Of a stretch of 64,000 nt of DNA, positions 61,247 to 64,000 are shown piece by piece. Within the stretch, counting starts at the first letter, position 1. The number at the start of each line of letters is the position of its first letter. The notes beneath the pieces were generated by a model. The model did no database searches and had not been told where the DNA came from. It worked only from the letters and a program-made list of their open reading frames with translations. This DNA comes from Azolla caroliniana. Its lineage: Eukaryota > Plantae > Polypodiophyta. The stretch spans positions 10,974,001-11,038,000 of the forward strand of contig JBHGNT010000008.1 of assembly GCA_043228905.1 (NCBI GenBank), in the 5' to 3' direction. A program made the translations under genes and the position numbers.

Positions 61247-64000
61247 GCCAGTAAGCAAAACCGGAACCGGAACGGGTATGCAAACCGGAAACCGGCCGGC
61301 AAGAAAAACCGGAAACCGGCCGGTAAGCAAAACCGGAACCAGCCGGCAAGCAAAACCGGAACCGGAACCGGCAAGCAAACCGGAAACCGGCCGGTAAGCA
61401 AAACCGGAACTGGCCGGCAAGCAAAACCAGAACCGGAACCGGAACCGGCAAGCAAACTGGAACGAGCCGGCAAGCAAAACCGGATTTGGAACCGGCAAGC
61501 AAACTGGAACCGGCAAGCAAACAGGAACCGACCAGCAAGCAAAATGGAACCGGCTACCGGATGAGGTTGGACGCGGACGGACGAAAGATTGGATCATGCA
61601 ACAAACTAAAGTAAAGTGAAAAGAACTAAAGTAAAGGCCATGTGGACGCAAGCAACTAAAGAAGGGAGTGCATGGAAAAAGTAAAGGTCATGTGGACAGT
61701 CACATGCAACCAAAAGAAAAAGCTAGGCAACTAAAAGTAGAGGCCATGCAACAAAAAGTGGAAAGGTTATGATCAAGGGGGAACTCCATATTTATTCCAT
61801 TTTTTTCCCTACACTAGGATAGACTCTCCATATTATAATTTTTTTTTTCTTTTCTTTGGGAGCTCTCTTATCTTATCGAAGCCAAGAACCCTAATCTTCC
61901 CTACGGAAGCTATCTCTCAAGTAAACCATAATTTCTATACGGAAGCAATCTCTCAAAATCCAAAATTCTTTGTCAAAGCCATATCACTCAAGAATCATAA
62001 TCTCTTATTTCCTCTAATCTATTATTCTAATCATCTCCATAAGATAAAACTTTTGTAATCCCAATCTTGGGATTGATTGTAATCTTTCTTTCCCTTTTAT
62101 TAATGAAATTTGTTAATCTTTCTCATTTCGGTTAATTCTTAGTACATAAATACACGAATTTGATATCCTCTAGACAAAGGCCCCGGGGTCTTGCCTCAAC
62201 GTTCACGTATCCTCATTGTATTTTCGCGACAGCGTGAACGGCTAAATAGACCCTGCGTATATAAAGGCCAGAAAAACCTCTGATAGGGGTGTGTGTAATT
62301 TTGGGAATGTAAAGAAACGCCCGATAATAGAATTCTATCTTCTCTGATTTCTTGTGTATAGCTACGGCTAATTCACTGTGTCTTAATTACCTAAGCGTGT
62401 AAGTACATAAATGTAACCCGTGATAGGGATTTGGTTGTAGTCGTCTCCCTTATGCACTGATAGGTTATAGGGATTCTTCCCCTACGCAGTACGCTTAAAC
62501 ACCTGTTCGTTGTTCCACACCCACTTTGAGGTCTAGGTCGAAGGACTGACCGCAGACCGTGTTCCTAATCTACAACACCTCTTTCCACACGCGAAGAGCG
62601 TAACAACTCGACAGCGTGCGTGGAGAACGAGGCGGGACCACGGGGGCCTTGGACTGAGAAATAACCGGATGAGAAGAGGGGAAGGAAATTACCAATGTAC
62701 TCCGTACGCACACAGACACACAGATTCACAGGAGTTGCAACTAACTCCGAACAATGGAGACAGAATGAATGTATGTGTATATATAAATCAAGAGGATACA
62801 ACCGGCAAGTCGGCGAGTGATAGGCTTCGACGCCTGCACACACGCACACAGAACGTGAGATGGAGACTCTGCCGAAAGCACTCGGGCGTTCCGCGGAGTA
62901 GAGTCAGTCAGCCTCCCGAAAACCTGCATAGAACGACTATGGAGAAGATAGAAGAGAAGAGCTCGGTTCTAGTCCGGCAACACTTCATCCTCTACAAAAC
63001 GCAATCCCTTTTACAATACCTCTCCCTCCCTTTTATAGCCCAAGGAGGGAGACCGTGACCACCCGTTACATCATGTCTATTCCCTGTCTTTTCGGATAGG
63101 GATACGCCTCGATTTTCTCCCTAATGAATGCGTGCTACCTAGGATTTCACCTCAGCCGACTTGTACCTATCTACGTACTATAGAACAAAACTTGTGCCCA
63201 CGTGTAAGGGCCGGTTTACGCACGTTATACCCGGTTTCCGCCTAGGGACAGTTTTCTCCACGACATCCTCCCCCACCTAACTGCACATCCACCGGTATGC
63301 GCCAAAATTAGACTCTTGCCGGAGAAGACCGGCCCACACTTATCCTTCGTCCTCCGGATCGTCATCTGTTCTGAGCCGGTCGTTGTCGCCATCCAGCTCA
63401 TCCGGGTCCGGTTCTACCTCGTGCCGCTTTTTGAATGCTTTGATCCTCTTTCCCGTCACCGGCACCACCATCCTTGTCCCGTGGAGCTCCGCGAGATGGT
63501 AGGTCCCATTGTCGTTGGCGCTTGTCACCACATAAGGGCCGAACCACCTTCTTGCAAACTTCTGCATTGCCCTGTGCTGGTTGTCGAGGCTACTGTCATA
63601 CACTAGAACCCAGTCACCTTCCTTGATCTTCTTTGGTCTCAATCGGTGATTCTAGTCGAACCGTCCTTTGTTCCTTACCCTCGCCACCCGTAGCTTCTCC
63701 GCAACTCGATCCACATCCTCCGGTCTTCGCTCCAGCTGCCGAATCCGTGCCGCTAACAGCTCCTCCCGGCTCATCTCTTCTTTCTAGTCCACCGTGGCCC
63801 ATGAGGAGATTGTCTGCTCCGTTGGCATGATCGGATTTTGCCCATACATTAGCTCTGCCAGCATGAACCCGGTTACCGAATTGTGCGTAGTTTGGTCCGC
63901 CCACAACACATAGGGTAATAGCCGTGGCCAGTTTTCGACTTGGCCTCCACATGCCCGTACTAACGCTTTGATGATCGGCCCGTGTCCGAGTTCCACCTTC
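61247..64000 (-). repeat. Inverted duplication of ~55433-58300 (B integrase end, B 3' LTR, I fragment, G LTR); runs off the window end
   Basis: 63961-64000 is the reverse complement of 55433-55472. Near-identical ORFs (55791-56093 vs 63340-63642; 56579-56863 vs 62565-62849). Same nested junctions in both arms. Confidence 0.95.

Overview
Eukaryotic land-plant DNA, most likely a non-seed plant (inferred from the retrotransposon lineages present). There is one host gene: a plastid-type amidophosphoribosyltransferase (purF/ATase, minus strand, 11016-12494, probable transit-peptide exon near 13043-13183) in a ~5.5 kb island. Nearly everything else is a transposon nest that can be peeled apart by target-site duplications (TSDs). 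The deepest chain is Mutator-like element > chromovirus A (15462-48205) > copia F > copia E > Tcn1-like chromovirus C > Tcn1-like D. Other inserts are a Gag-only element K, a hAT MITE, a solo LTR, several tRNA-Trp-primed Ty3/gypsy elements (J, B, I, G), an 'inside-out' copia derivative with inverted ends (H), and a >=2.7 kb inverted duplication at the right end. Best leads: (1) antisense tRNA-derived Pol III A/B-box cassettes fixed in the U3 of three LTR families from two lineages; (2) the tRNA-Trp-primed lineage inserts into CpG-centred (C)ACGY-like sites with a 4-bp TSD; (3) a very young Gag-only element with an intact ~674-aa acidic/basic-tailed Gag; (4) self-priming, -1 frameshift pseudoknots and heat-shock-element arrays in the Tcn1-like elements; (5) repeated fold-back inversions and templated insertions. 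All alignments and coordinates were done by eye; family names are inferred from motifs, not from database searches.
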